Positions 11,129-20,738 of a DNA stretch of 64,000 nt are shown here, in pieces; the first letter of the stretch is position 1, and each line of letters begins with the position of its first letter. The translations under genes and the position numbers were made by a program. This stretch comes from Treponemataceae bacterium (GTDB lineage: Bacteria; Spirochaetota; Spirochaetia; Treponematales; Rectinemataceae): contig CAXXVZ010000005.1 of NCBI GenBank assembly GCA_963678065.2, positions 64,001 through 128,000 on the forward strand, read 5' to 3'. The notes below the pieces were generated by a model that was not told the DNA's origin, did not search any database, and saw only the letters and a program-made list of their open reading frames with translations.

Positions 11129-12228
11129 TAGCTTCCCTTCCGAGATTCATGGCGGCCACGAAGGGATGCTCATCGGTGTCCCGGCGGAAAAAGAACGCGA
11201 TCTTCGATGTCGCGGCCCGTCTGACCCTCATCGCGGAGAAGGCGCGGTCCGACGGAGGGACCGGCCTCGCCTCCTCCGCGGCGACAGAACGCCGGAAGGC
11301 TCTCAAGCTCGGCCTGGAACTCCTCGTCCGCGGAGTCGGCCACGATGGACTCGACCGCTCGTTCAGAAAGGCCCACCTGACGAAGACCTTCGACCCCGGC
11401 GAAGCCCTGGAAAACCTGGTCATACTCGAAGGCCTCCACGCTTTCGTGGCGGGAGAGCACCCCTTCATCATGCTCCGGAGGATGACAGCCTTCCTCGGAA
11501 CGGAATTCCTCGAAAAAACCGATGCCTGGCTCACCGCCCGCATCGCGCGCAGGCGCAGGACAAAGGGCGAGGATCTTCTCGTGCCAGGCGAGCTGCCCGA
11601 CATTCTCAGGTCTCTCTCCCGCCAGGATGGCAGACTGGAGCGCGTCGCGCGCGCCGCCGGAAGAGACATCATGTCAGCTTCCCTCGCGGGCTGCCCCCGC
11701 GAGAGCCTTCTCCTCGTGAAACCCGCCTTCGGCAGGATCGGCGGTGCCATCCTCGAGGACAACATGGTTTTCCTCCGCTCCCGGCTGTCCACCGAAGAGA
11801 TAGCGGGCGCGCAGAGCGCCTTTCTGGAAATCCTCCACGAGCACGAAGCGCAGGAAGGGCTCGATGCAGCCGAAGGTCAGGGCGAGACCGAGACGGATCC
11901 GGACTTCGTCAGGGAGCTCACCGGGGCCATCCTCGCCCTGGACGAAAAAGCGATCAAGGCGGGAGTTTCCGGGATGGAGGGCAAACACCTCGCCGCCGCG
12001 ATGCAGGGGATGGAACCCGTCGCGCACGAGCGAATCCTGGCTTCCCTCGGCAAGCGCGAAGAAAAACGCATCCTCGATTCCATAGACGACTTCGATCCTC
12101 TCACGAGGACGGAGGTTGCGGCCGCAGCAGTCATACTGATCGCGCGGCTCGCGGCCGCCGCGGAAAAACTCGGAAAACTGCCCGAAACCCTCAAGCAGCG
12201 GTTGGAAGCCCTGCGGAACTGGAAGTAG
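11125..12228 (+). CDS. Protein with a MotA-like N-terminus and two FliG C-terminal-like repeats
   Basis: ILALDEKAIK...LAAAMQG...ERILASLGKREEKRILD...EVAAA resembles FliG_C. Start overlaps the previous stop. Confidence 0.6.
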   Translation: MIASLPRFMAATKGCSSVSRRKKNAIFDVAARLTLIAEKARSDGGTGLASSAATERRKALKLGLELLVRGVGHDGLDRSFRKAHLTKTFDPGEALENLVILEGLHAFVAGEHPFIMLRRMTAFLGTEFLEKTDAWLTARIARRRRTKGEDLLVPGELPDILRSLSRQDGRLERVARAAGRDIMSASLAGCPRESLLLVKPAFGRIGGAILEDNMVFLRSRLSTEEIAGAQSAFLEILHEHEAQEGLDAAEGQGETETDPDFVRELTGAILALDEKAIKAGVSGMEGKHLAAAMQGMEPVAHERILASLGKREEKRILDSIDDFDPLTRTEVAAAAVILIARLAAAAEKLGKLPETLKQRLEALRNWK

Positions 12229-12417
12229 GGTCCCCGCCCCGGCAGGCAGCGGCGAGCTGTCCGCCAGGGAGAAATCGTCCGGAAAAACCGGAATCGCTCC
12301 GCCTCATACCTCAACCGGACTTCAATATATGCATTTCGCGATAAAAACATTTGCACGGAGTATCGGGCCATGATACTGTCTCTCTGTCGCGGAAGCATCC
12401 CCGACAGGAGGAAGTAC

Positions 12418-13413
12418 ATGAAACGAACAGTTCTCATCCTTTTGGCCTTTGCGGTATGCGCGGGAAGCCTCATCGCCGCCCCCAAGACCAAAGTCAAGAT
12501 CGGACTCATCGTCGAATCCACTGTCGACGACAAGGGCTGGGCCCAGGCCATGCACGACGCGATCATCGCCGTCCAGAAAAAGTATGGCTCCGCACTCGTC
12601 GAGTACAGCTACACCGAGAAGATGAAGCCGGTCGACGCCGGTTCGGCGGCCCGCCAGTACGCGGCCAAAGGCTTCGACATCATCATCGGCCACGGAGCCC
12701 AGTACAAGAACCTCATCCTCGAGATGGCGGAAGAGTACCCGAAGGTCACCTTCGCCTTCGGAACCTCAGGCGAGATCGGACCGAAAAACGTGTTCACCTA
12801 CATGCCCGAGAGCGAGGAAACCGGATACATCAACGGAGTCATCGCCGGTATGGTGACCAAAGTCAACATCATCGGCCTCGTCGGCCCCGTGGACGGCGGA
12901 GACGCCGCCCGCTACAACCGCGGCTTCGTGCTCGGCGTCAAGGCCGTGAATCCCAAGGCCACGGTCCAGGTCGCCCACACGGGCAGCTTCGGCGACTTCG
13001 TCAAAGCGGGCGAGCTCGCCCAGACCCAGATCAAGGCCGGCGCCGACGTCCTCACCGGCTCCGCGCAGCAGGCCCTCGGCGCTCTCCGCGCCGTCGCCGA
13101 ATTCAAGGACAAGCCCATCTGGTGGCTCGGTCAGGACACCGCCCAGCTCGACATCCCCGAAAGCTACAAGGTCATCGCGGCGGCGAGCTACGACTACTCA
13201 GCGGTCGTCGAGGCTCTCATCGACAAGCGCCAGGCCGGCGTTCTCGGTGGCCAGAGCATCCCGATGAACTTCGCCAACCACGGCTTCACCTACGAGTTCA
13301 ACTCCAAGGTCGGCGCCGTCCTCTCCCCCTCGGTCAAGGCCGCGGCGGAAAAGGCCAAGGCGGACATCACCGCCGGGAAGCTCACGATCAACTGGAAAGA
13401 CGTCAAGTACTGA
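12418..13413 (+). CDS. BMP-family ABC transporter substrate-binding protein
   Basis: Signal peptide, DDKGWAQAM and GFDIIIGHGAQY; followed by an ATPase and two permeases. Confidence 0.9.
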   Translation: MKRTVLILLAFAVCAGSLIAAPKTKVKIGLIVESTVDDKGWAQAMHDAIIAVQKKYGSALVEYSYTEKMKPVDAGSAARQYAAKGFDIIIGHGAQYKNLILEMAEEYPKVTFAFGTSGEIGPKNVFTYMPESEETGYINGVIAGMVTKVNIIGLVGPVDGGDAARYNRGFVLGVKAVNPKATVQVAHTGSFGDFVKAGELAQTQIKAGADVLTGSAQQALGALRAVAEFKDKPIWWLGQDTAQLDIPESYKVIAAASYDYSAVVEALIDKRQAGVLGGQSIPMNFANHGFTYEFNSKVGAVLSPSVKAAAEKAKADITAGKLTINWKDVKY

Positions 13414-13428
13414 GGTCCTGACAGTCTC

Positions 13429-13498
13429 GGCTTCCGGATTCCGTGTGGAATCCGGAAGCCGACCATAGAGGCGATCCTCGCGGTCGCCTGTTTTTTTT
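13429..13498 (+). terminator. Perfect hairpin plus intrinsic terminator after the BMP gene
   Basis: GGCTTCCGGATTCC-GTGT-GGAATCCGGAAGCC, then AGGCGATC..GGTCGCCT followed by a T-run. Confidence 0.65.
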
Positions 13499-13565
13499 GG
13501 CGGGATGGCGGATGGTGTTGCGCGTCGCAGGACTGTTCCCGCGACGACATCCCGAAGGATGTCGC

Positions 13566-15107
13566 ATGATGCACTCAGAACGTATCGACAGCCTCGCGGT
13601 GGAGGGTGTCACCAAACGCTTTCCGGGCATAGTCGCCTGCAAAGACATATCCCTCGACGTGGGGAGAAGTCAGGTGCTCGCCCTCGTGGGCGAAAACGGG
13701 GCCGGCAAGACTACCCTGATGAACATCCTCATGGGGCTGTATCAGCCGGATGAGGGGCGGATACTCGTCAACGGGAAGCCCGTCAGGTTCAGGACGCCGA
13801 ACGACGCCTACGCATGCGGGATCGGCATGGTCCACCAGCACTTCATGCTCGTGCCGAACATGACGGTGGCGGAAAACATCGCCCTCGGGGCCAAGGATCT
13901 GCACAGAGGATTCCGCATCGACCTCAAAGAGGCGCGGAAACGGATTTCAGCCATCTCCGAACAGTACAGCCTGCCTGTCCAGCCGGACGCCTACATCTGG
14001 CAGCTCTCCGTCGGCGAACAGCAGCGCGTCGAACTCGTCAAGACACTCTGCTTCGGCGCCCGCTTCCTCATCCTCGACGAACCCACCTCGGCCCTGACCC
14101 CTCAGGAGACGGACGATCTCATCGAGCTTCTCAGGCGCATGACGAGCGACATGTCGATCATCTTCATAAGCCACAAGCTGGGCGAGGTGAAGGCGCTCTC
14201 CGACACGGTCACGATACTGCGACACGGCGAGGTCGTCTTCAGGGGCAATACTGCCGACCACAGCTCGTCGAACCTCGCAGCCCTCATGACCGGCCACGAA
14301 GTCGTCCTGCCACGTAACGAGTGCGGCGACGAGTGCGGCCAGCCCCTCGCGTCGATGCGCGGCCTCAGGGTCAGAAGCGACCGCGGCTTTCTCGCCCTGG
14401 ATGGATTCGATCTCGAAATCGGAGCCGGGGAGATCGTGGGACTGGCCGGCGTGTCGGGGAACGGACAGAAAGAGCTCGCGGACGCGCTCGCTGGCCTCCG
14501 GCCGATCGAGTCGGGCAGTTTCACCCTCCTCGGGAAGGAACTCGCGAACGCCTCTCCCAGGGCCATAATCGATTCGGGCATCGGCTATATCCCGGAGGAC
14601 AGGCATACAGAGGGTATCGTGCCCTCCTTCTCGATCCGCGAAAATCTCATCCTCAAGGATTTCGCGTCGAGGCAGTTCAGCGCGGGCCCCTTCCTCAAAC
14701 TGAAGGAATCGGAGAAGAACGCGGCGGGACTCCGCACGCGCTTCGACATCCGCTGTCCCTCCACGGCCACGGCCGCGGGCTCCCTCTCCGGCGGCAATAT
14801 CCAGAAAGTCATCCTCGCGCGCGAGATTGCGCGCTCGCCCAAACTCCTCGTCGCCGTCTACCCCACACGGGGCCTCGACATGGGCGCGGAAGAGTTCATC
14901 CACAAGAGCCTCCTCGACTTACGTCGCGCGGGCGTGGGAATCCTCCTCATCTCCGAGGAACTCGACGAGATCATGAACCTTTCCGACCGTATCGCCGTGG
15001 TCTATAAAGGAAGGATACTGAAGGTTCTGAAGGGGCCTGAGGCGACGAAGAAACGGCTGGGCATTCTCATGGCCGGACTTTCCGAAAGAGAGAACCCCGA
15101 TGAGTAA
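13566..15107 (+). CDS. ABC transporter ATP-binding protein (two ATPase domains, nucleoside/sugar type)
   Basis: GENGAGKT, LSVGEQQRVE, LILDEPT and LSGGNIQK. Confidence 0.93.
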   Translation: MMHSERIDSLAVEGVTKRFPGIVACKDISLDVGRSQVLALVGENGAGKTTLMNILMGLYQPDEGRILVNGKPVRFRTPNDAYACGIGMVHQHFMLVPNMTVAENIALGAKDLHRGFRIDLKEARKRISAISEQYSLPVQPDAYIWQLSVGEQQRVELVKTLCFGARFLILDEPTSALTPQETDDLIELLRRMTSDMSIIFISHKLGEVKALSDTVTILRHGEVVFRGNTADHSSSNLAALMTGHEVVLPRNECGDECGQPLASMRGLRVRSDRGFLALDGFDLEIGAGEIVGLAGVSGNGQKELADALAGLRPIESGSFTLLGKELANASPRAIIDSGIGYIPEDRHTEGIVPSFSIRENLILKDFASRQFSAGPFLKLKESEKNAAGLRTRFDIRCPSTATAAGSLSGGNIQKVILAREIARSPKLLVAVYPTRGLDMGAEEFIHKSLLDLRRAGVGILLISEELDEIMNLSDRIAVVYKGRILKVLKGPEATKKRLGILMAGLSERENPDE

Positions 15108-16263
15108 ATACTTCAAGGTCCTGTATACCGTCGCGGTCATAGTCCTCGCGGCGGCCGCGGCGGTCGGAATCGGAGCTGTCGTCCTCACGGTGATTGGCGT
15201 CAATGTCATCCAAACCTACAAGGTCATCCTGACGGAACCGCTCAAGGATATCTTCGGCATCACCGAGATACTCGTCCGCGCCATCCCCTTGAGCCTCATA
15301 GCGATGGGGATCGCGATAGCCTTCCGGAGCGGTATCCTCAACATCGGAGCGGAAGGCCAGATGCAGATCGGGACGATCGCCGCGACAGCCTTCGCCCTCG
15401 CTTTTCCGGCCGTGCCCAAATTGTTCCTTCTCCCGGCCGTCATGCTGGTCGGGGCCGCAGCGGGCGGGCTGTGGGGCGGCATCGCGGGCATCCTCAAGGC
15501 ACGCCTCGGCGTCAACGAGATCCTCTCGACGGTCATGCTCAACTACATCGCGGCGCAGTTCTACGGCTTCCTCCTGCGAGGCCCGATGATCGATCCCGCG
15601 GAACTCCAGACCGGCTCAGGCACGCCCCAGTCGATGCGCCTTCCCAAGACTGCCTGGCTCGACAGGCTCATCCCCGGCTCGCGGCTCCACGCGGGCATTT
15701 TCGTCGTCATCGCCGCCGCCGTCATCGTCTACATTCTGCTCTGGCGGACGAAATACGGTTTCAAGATGCGCGCCGCGGGGGCGGAGGCCAAGGCGGCCCG
15801 CTACGCCGGCATCAAGGTTGAGTCCTGCCTCGTCGCCGCCATGCTTCTTTCGGGAGCCTTCGCGGGCTTGGCCGGCGCGATCGAGGTGACGGGTGTCCAC
15901 AGGCGCGCCATCGAGGGCATTTCGTCGGGCTACGGATTCTCAGGGATAGTCGTGGCTCTCTTCGGAGGCCTCCACCCCGCCGGCATCCTGCCCTCGGCCG
16001 TCTTCTTCGGCCTCCTCCTCATCGGGGCCGACATGACGCAGCGCGCGATGTCCGTGCCGGCCAACATGGTCCTTGTCCTTCAGGGAGCGGTCATCCTCAG
16101 CATCGTTTCGGCGAGAAACTACATCAACGATCCCTACGCGCGGGAGAAATTCGCGAGAAAACTCGCGAGCCTGACGGGGAAGACGGGGCGGAGAAGGAAG
16201 ACAGGAGTCCCTGACGGAAGAACGGGCATCGGGACCGGCGCGACGAAGGAGGTCCGACGATGA
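15100..16263 (+). CDS. ABC transporter permease
   Basis: NIGAEGQ, NEILSTVMLNY and GYGFSGIVVAL; multiple transmembrane segments. Confidence 0.92.
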   Translation: MSKYFKVLYTVAVIVLAAAAAVGIGAVVLTVIGVNVIQTYKVILTEPLKDIFGITEILVRAIPLSLIAMGIAIAFRSGILNIGAEGQMQIGTIAATAFALAFPAVPKLFLLPAVMLVGAAAGGLWGGIAGILKARLGVNEILSTVMLNYIAAQFYGFLLRGPMIDPAELQTGSGTPQSMRLPKTAWLDRLIPGSRLHAGIFVVIAAAVIVYILLWRTKYGFKMRAAGAEAKAARYAGIKVESCLVAAMLLSGAFAGLAGAIEVTGVHRRAIEGISSGYGFSGIVVALFGGLHPAGILPSAVFFGLLLIGADMTQRAMSVPANMVLVLQGAVILSIVSARNYINDPYAREKFARKLASLTGKTGRRRKTGVPDGRTGIGTGATKEVRR

Positions 16264-17210
16264 GCATACTGACGGTCGTTTCCAACATACTTGTCCTCGG
16301 CGTGCCTTTTTCGATCGCCCTCCTTCTGGCGGCCTTGGGCGAAATGTTCAACCAGAGAGCGGGAGTCTTCAATCTCGGCTGTGAGGGCATCATGGCTATG
16401 GGAGCCTTCCTCGCCTTCCTTCCGGCCTATTTTTTCAAAACCGGGCCCCTCATGCCTTACGCAAACCTGATTGGCGTGGCGGGGGCCGTCGCCGTCGGCG
16501 CCCTGCTCGGCGCCGTATTCGCCCTCGTGACCGTCACGTTCCGGGCCCCGCAGGGCATCGCCGGGATAGGCCTCCAGATGCTCGGATGGGGCACTGCGGG
16601 CACACTTTTTCGGCATTTCATAGGCGGAGTCACGGGAGTCCCCGGCATTCCGGCTCTTCCGGTTCCCTTGCTGTCCAGGATTCCCGTGCTCGGCCCCATT
16701 CTCTTCAACCACAATCCATTGGTCTATTTTGCTCTTCTGATGGTTCCGGCGAGCTGGCTCATCCTCTTCAAGACTCCGTGGGGGCTCAAGGTGCGCGCAG
16801 TCGGGACTCATCCGCGGGCTGCGGACACCATGGGCACGAACGTTTCCCGGGTGCGCTACCAGGCGCTCGCCCTCGGCGGCGCGATGGCCGGCCTCGCGGG
16901 GGCTTATCTGTCGCTCTGTCAGGCGAAAATGTTCGCAGACGACATCGTCGCCGGCCGAGGCTTCATAGCGGTGGCCCTTGTGTATTTCGGCCGCTGGCAT
17001 CCCGGATGGATTCTGGCCGGAAGCCTTCTCTTCAGCCTCGCCCAGTCCTTCCAGCTCACCATCCAGGTGTTGGGCATCAAGTTCCCGTACGAGTTCGCCG
17101 TCATGCTGCCCTACATCATGGTGATCCTGGTCCTCTCGCTGGCCAGCTCTTCGAAGCTGCATGGTCCGGACGCTCTCGGCAAACCGTTCAATCGGGAAAA
17201 GCGGGTCTGA
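16260..17210 (+). CDS. ABC transporter permease
   Basis: GVFNLGCEG and AGRGFIAVALVYFGRW. Confidence 0.92.
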   Translation: MSILTVVSNILVLGVPFSIALLLAALGEMFNQRAGVFNLGCEGIMAMGAFLAFLPAYFFKTGPLMPYANLIGVAGAVAVGALLGAVFALVTVTFRAPQGIAGIGLQMLGWGTAGTLFRHFIGGVTGVPGIPALPVPLLSRIPVLGPILFNHNPLVYFALLMVPASWLILFKTPWGLKVRAVGTHPRAADTMGTNVSRVRYQALALGGAMAGLAGAYLSLCQAKMFADDIVAGRGFIAVALVYFGRWHPGWILAGSLLFSLAQSFQLTIQVLGIKFPYEFAVMLPYIMVILVLSLASSSKLHGPDALGKPFNREKRV

Positions 17211-17408
17211 ATCGGGCAAACAGGGCAAACAGAAACAGGGCAAAGGCGACTGGCAGCGTCACAATGCCCTGTCTATGCTGCGTCAGGAAAAACAAAAAAG
17301 GCCGCCCGGCACTCCATTCCCTCCCCAAGGGAACCGGATGCCAGACAGCCTTTTTCCGACAAATCCCCGCGAGCTGAAGGGAAACCCTTCAGCGATGATC
17401 GTCGGAGC

Positions 17409-18071
17409 TCAGGGGGCCTTTGCCTTCTTGCGGGTGGAAGGTTTTTTCTCCTTGCCAGGGAGAAGGAAAAGTTTTTCCATCTCATCCATTCTGGCACGGG
17501 ACGCTACCTTGAGGTCGAAGGAAAAACCGCTGGTAATCCACTGCGCGACCGTCACGTACGTCATGCCGAAGATAGTGGATGAAATGGTCTCCGGAGATAT
17601 GTCACTCCGCACTTCCTTACGCTCGACCGCTTCCTTGACGCAGGCAAGAAAGTGCTCCTGATCCTCGGCTTCGAGCTCGTTAAGCCTTTCGCGGAGATCA
17701 GGATAACCTCCGAAAACCTGGCGTGCGTATATGATCACGTAGGCGAGATCCTTGCCATCGGCGAGGATCTCTACCATGGAGAGCGTCGCCGTTCTGAGGC
17801 GCTCCCAACCCTTGAGCTCCTCTTCGAAGCCCTGGCCTATCCGTGCATATACCCGCTCAACCGTGTGGAAGAGTCCGGCAAAAAGACCATCCACACCCTC
17901 GAAATGCCTGAAGATTGCAGGCTCCGTGATTCCGACCCTGTTGGCGATGTTCTTGAGCGTGGCTGAGCGTGGGCCACGTTCCCTGATAACTCCCGCGGCG
18001 GCCGCGAGAACAGCCGTCTTGGCCTTGGAATATGGCCATTCAGGATCTGCAGCAAGTAGTTCTGGTGTCAT
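17409..18071 (-). CDS. TetR/AcrR family transcriptional regulator
   Basis: HTH ATLKNIANRVGITEPAIFRHF. Confidence 0.9.
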   Translation of the reverse strand: MTPELLAADPEWPYSKAKTAVLAAAAGVIRERGPRSATLKNIANRVGITEPAIFRHFEGVDGLFAGLFHTVERVYARIGQGFEEELKGWERLRTATLSMVEILADGKDLAYVIIYARQVFGGYPDLRERLNELEAEDQEHFLACVKEAVERKEVRSDISPETISSTIFGMTYVTVAQWITSGFSFDLKVASRARMDEMEKLFLLPGKEKKPSTRKKAKAP

Positions 18072-18231
18072 ATTAATATGATACAACAAGTTATTTTAAT
18101 TGTGAAGACATGATTGAAAAAAATGTTTTATTTTTTGCAGAAAAAAAACTTTTAATACTGTATAACTATAATAAATAATATATTTACACTTTTATTTTAA
18201 ACATCATGTAAATATATTATGTGTAAATTAA

Positions 18232-18882
18232 CTAAATGTTATACTCACCCAGTTTCACCACGACCTGTGCCGGTTTTGTCCCGAACCGGGACAGGAAAAA
18301 CTTTTCCGCGAGCGAGGCCACAGAAGAGCGGATCTTTTCCCTCAGCTCCGGGTTCTCGAGACTCGCGGTCGCTTCGCGCAGCAACTCGGCCGACAAGCCT
18401 GATTCCATGCTCCGCGCCGCCTCCCTCAGCCGGAAGAGAGTCTCTGAAAGGATGTTGGCGCCCTTCGTCCGCACTTCGAGGGTTTCGGTCATGATAGCGG
18501 GCGGAAGGACACGGGGCGTCGGCAGGCAGACCGACAGTATCCTTGCCCTGCGGTCCCACGCGGCTCTGCAGTCCGCGGGATCGGAGACTTCGATATAGTA
18601 GGCGACATCGGCGTAGACCGATATCTCCACCGAGGACTTGAGCTGTATGAACGCGAGAAGCCGGGCTGAAAAATCACGGGACAGGGTGTACCTCTGCCGC
18701 GAAGTGAGGACGACGAGTTTCCCCGCCGGCCTGATCTCTTCGAGGTACATGACAAAGCGGTTCGAAACATTTGTCACGGGGGAGAGCAGTTTTGGAAGCA
18801 GGACCAGGGCGAGGACAGCGATCGCGAGCAGCGCAAGGAGAGCGGGCAGCATGCGGCTAACGGGGCCACGAATCCCTTTCAT
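18232..18882 (-). CDS. Membrane-anchored hypothetical protein (DUF4230-like)
   Basis: N-terminal transmembrane helix followed by a beta-rich domain ('LSVCLPTPRV'). Confidence 0.6.
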   Translation of the reverse strand: MKGIRGPVSRMLPALLALLAIAVLALVLLPKLLSPVTNVSNRFVMYLEEIRPAGKLVVLTSRQRYTLSRDFSARLLAFIQLKSSVEISVYADVAYYIEVSDPADCRAAWDRRARILSVCLPTPRVLPPAIMTETLEVRTKGANILSETLFRLREAARSMESGLSAELLREATASLENPELREKIRSSVASLAEKFFLSRFGTKPAQVVVKLGEYNI

Positions 18883-18894
18883 GAAATATTTTTA

Positions 18895-20445
18895 TCATGA
18901 CTTTGGAGAGGAGGCAAGCCGCGAAGGGGATTTCGTGAAAAAAGCTTTCCGGTTTGCCGTCGTATAGAGCCACACGAGACGGGAGATGTTGCGCAGTATC
19001 CCGAACACACAGGCCGCGACAATGACCGCCGCGAGATCCGGTTCGAGGGTGAAGAGGCTCTGTATCGTTACGAGGCGCCCGAAGGCCAGGCCGACAAGGA
19101 CGGGAGCGTATACGATCACGAGCACCCGGGCGACGCATCCAAGGATGGTGCGCAAAGCTGAAACAACGACCGGTCTCAGTGTGCCGCTCGCCTCGGAACT
19201 GTCCTTGACCGAACGCGCCCAGCCGAATGCTCCGGATATCTGGATAGTCAGAACGAGAAGATAGACGAAGGAAGATACCGCAAACAGAATGAGTACCCGG
19301 CCCATCGGCAGGGGTTTCATGGAACTCCCGTTGAACATGATGCGGGACGCGGTGCCGGCGAGAGCCGGAAGCACGATGGAGGACTGTATGAAGCCGCCCT
19401 GTGCGGAAAGAAGGATAATGCCCGAACGCCTTTCGGGCCAGATCACGATGTTGGATGAAAAACCCTGTATAGACCCTCCCTGAAAGATGATCCGGTCGCC
19501 GTTTTTTTCGTTGATCCTCCATCCGTAGCCGTAGTTGCCGCCGGGCAATACGGGCTGGTAGAGAGCCGGAACATGCTTGGAGGGAAGGGCTGCAATGCCG
19601 CGCACCCGCGGCGATGCGATGTAGGAGACGAACTTGGCCATGTCGCGCACTGTAGAGACGATACCGTCGGCCGGTATGGCCGACTCGGAAACCGCCTGAG
19701 CGGGATACGGCAGGGCAACGCCGAAAAAAAGCCCGCTGCCGCGCGGAATATCGGCGGAGGCCGGAGGCCTCGCGGAAGTGGAAGTCATGTCGAGGGGAGC
19801 TGCCAGGCGCCGGGTCAGAAGCTCGGCGAAGGATTTTCCGGAGGCTTTCTCCATGACGAGGGCGAGAGTCCTGTATCCGAGACCGGAGCGGTGGATACGA
19901 AGCTGCCCGGATTGTGCGGTCAGTCCCTCGGGATCTATCTCCATGGTTTCAAATCCAAAACCCTCGACGCTGCGGGCTTCAGACGCCAGAAGGCCCTGGG
20001 GATAGGAGTGAGTGACAAGGTCGGCTATGGTCACGGTCCGGCCCACTCCCGCGTCGTCCGAGGGGGGAAAGGAGCTTTTCGGATTCTCGGGTAAGGATGT
20101 CCCGGGAAGCGTCCAGGCTTTCTCGTCAAGGGAGAGGGTCTTGTCCAGGATCATGGAGCAGGCGAGGGCCCCGGTGAGTATTTCACTGGAGGGGCCGAGG
20201 TAGAGAGGACTGTCGACCGTGAGTTTTTTCCTCGCGCCATCGAAGCCGAAGGCCTCCTCGTAGACCAACTTGCCTTCCTGTATCACGGCGACCGCGAAAC
20301 CCGAACAGGCCTGCCTCTGCTTCTCGATGCGGAACATGGCTCCAAGATCCTTGTACCGCTCGGGCCCGATATCGGGAAGAAAGAGAAGGAGGGCCGAGGC
20401 TGCCACGATGATGAAAGTCGGGGCAAGACGTCTTAGGAAGCGCAT
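18895..20445 (-). CDS. Beta-lactamase-fold serine hydrolase homologue with C-terminal transmembrane helices; catalytic motifs degenerate
   Basis: GFAVAVIQEGKLVYEEAFG, TIADLVTH, PLDMTST, GIVSTVRDMAKF and YGYGW are present, but SxxK reads PSSE. Confidence 0.8.
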   Translation of the reverse strand: MRFLRRLAPTFIIVAASALLLFLPDIGPERYKDLGAMFRIEKQRQACSGFAVAVIQEGKLVYEEAFGFDGARKKLTVDSPLYLGPSSEILTGALACSMILDKTLSLDEKAWTLPGTSLPENPKSSFPPSDDAGVGRTVTIADLVTHSYPQGLLASEARSVEGFGFETMEIDPEGLTAQSGQLRIHRSGLGYRTLALVMEKASGKSFAELLTRRLAAPLDMTSTSARPPASADIPRGSGLFFGVALPYPAQAVSESAIPADGIVSTVRDMAKFVSYIASPRVRGIAALPSKHVPALYQPVLPGGNYGYGWRINEKNGDRIIFQGGSIQGFSSNIVIWPERRSGIILLSAQGGFIQSSIVLPALAGTASRIMFNGSSMKPLPMGRVLILFAVSSFVYLLVLTIQISGAFGWARSVKDSSEASGTLRPVVVSALRTILGCVARVLVIVYAPVLVGLAFGRLVTIQSLFTLEPDLAAVIVAACVFGILRNISRLVWLYTTANRKAFFTKSPSRLASSPKS

Positions 20446-20673
20446 CGTCTCGAGTATAGCACCGCCACGGAGGGTCTTGCCACGGCCCTCCGGCTATGAT
20501 AAACATTCGCACGACATGAGAGTTCCAAGACAAGTCGGACCTGATGCGCGTGGCGCCTGTCCGCTCTCATTGTCCTTGTTGTCCGGCCTCGGCTGGCACC
20601 CTTCGCCGTCGCTGGCGGCACCGTTTCCGGCGGCACCGCTTCACGCGGATAAAATTCCGTTTTTGGTCACCAT

Positions 20674-20703
20674 GGACCGTCCATTCCGGACGGTCCTTTT
20701 TTT
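20674..20703 (+). terminator. Intrinsic terminator in the 5' leader of the permease gene
   Basis: GGACCGTCC-ATTCC-GGACGGTCC followed by T7, 35 nt before the start codon. Confidence 0.75.
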
Positions 20704-20738
20704 ATCCCCACACATTCCACACATCACAAGGAGGCATC

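Noticed and set aside
17211..17245. Short GGGCAAACA repeats after the permease
   Set aside because: Too short and irregular for a CRISPR array or defined repeat element.
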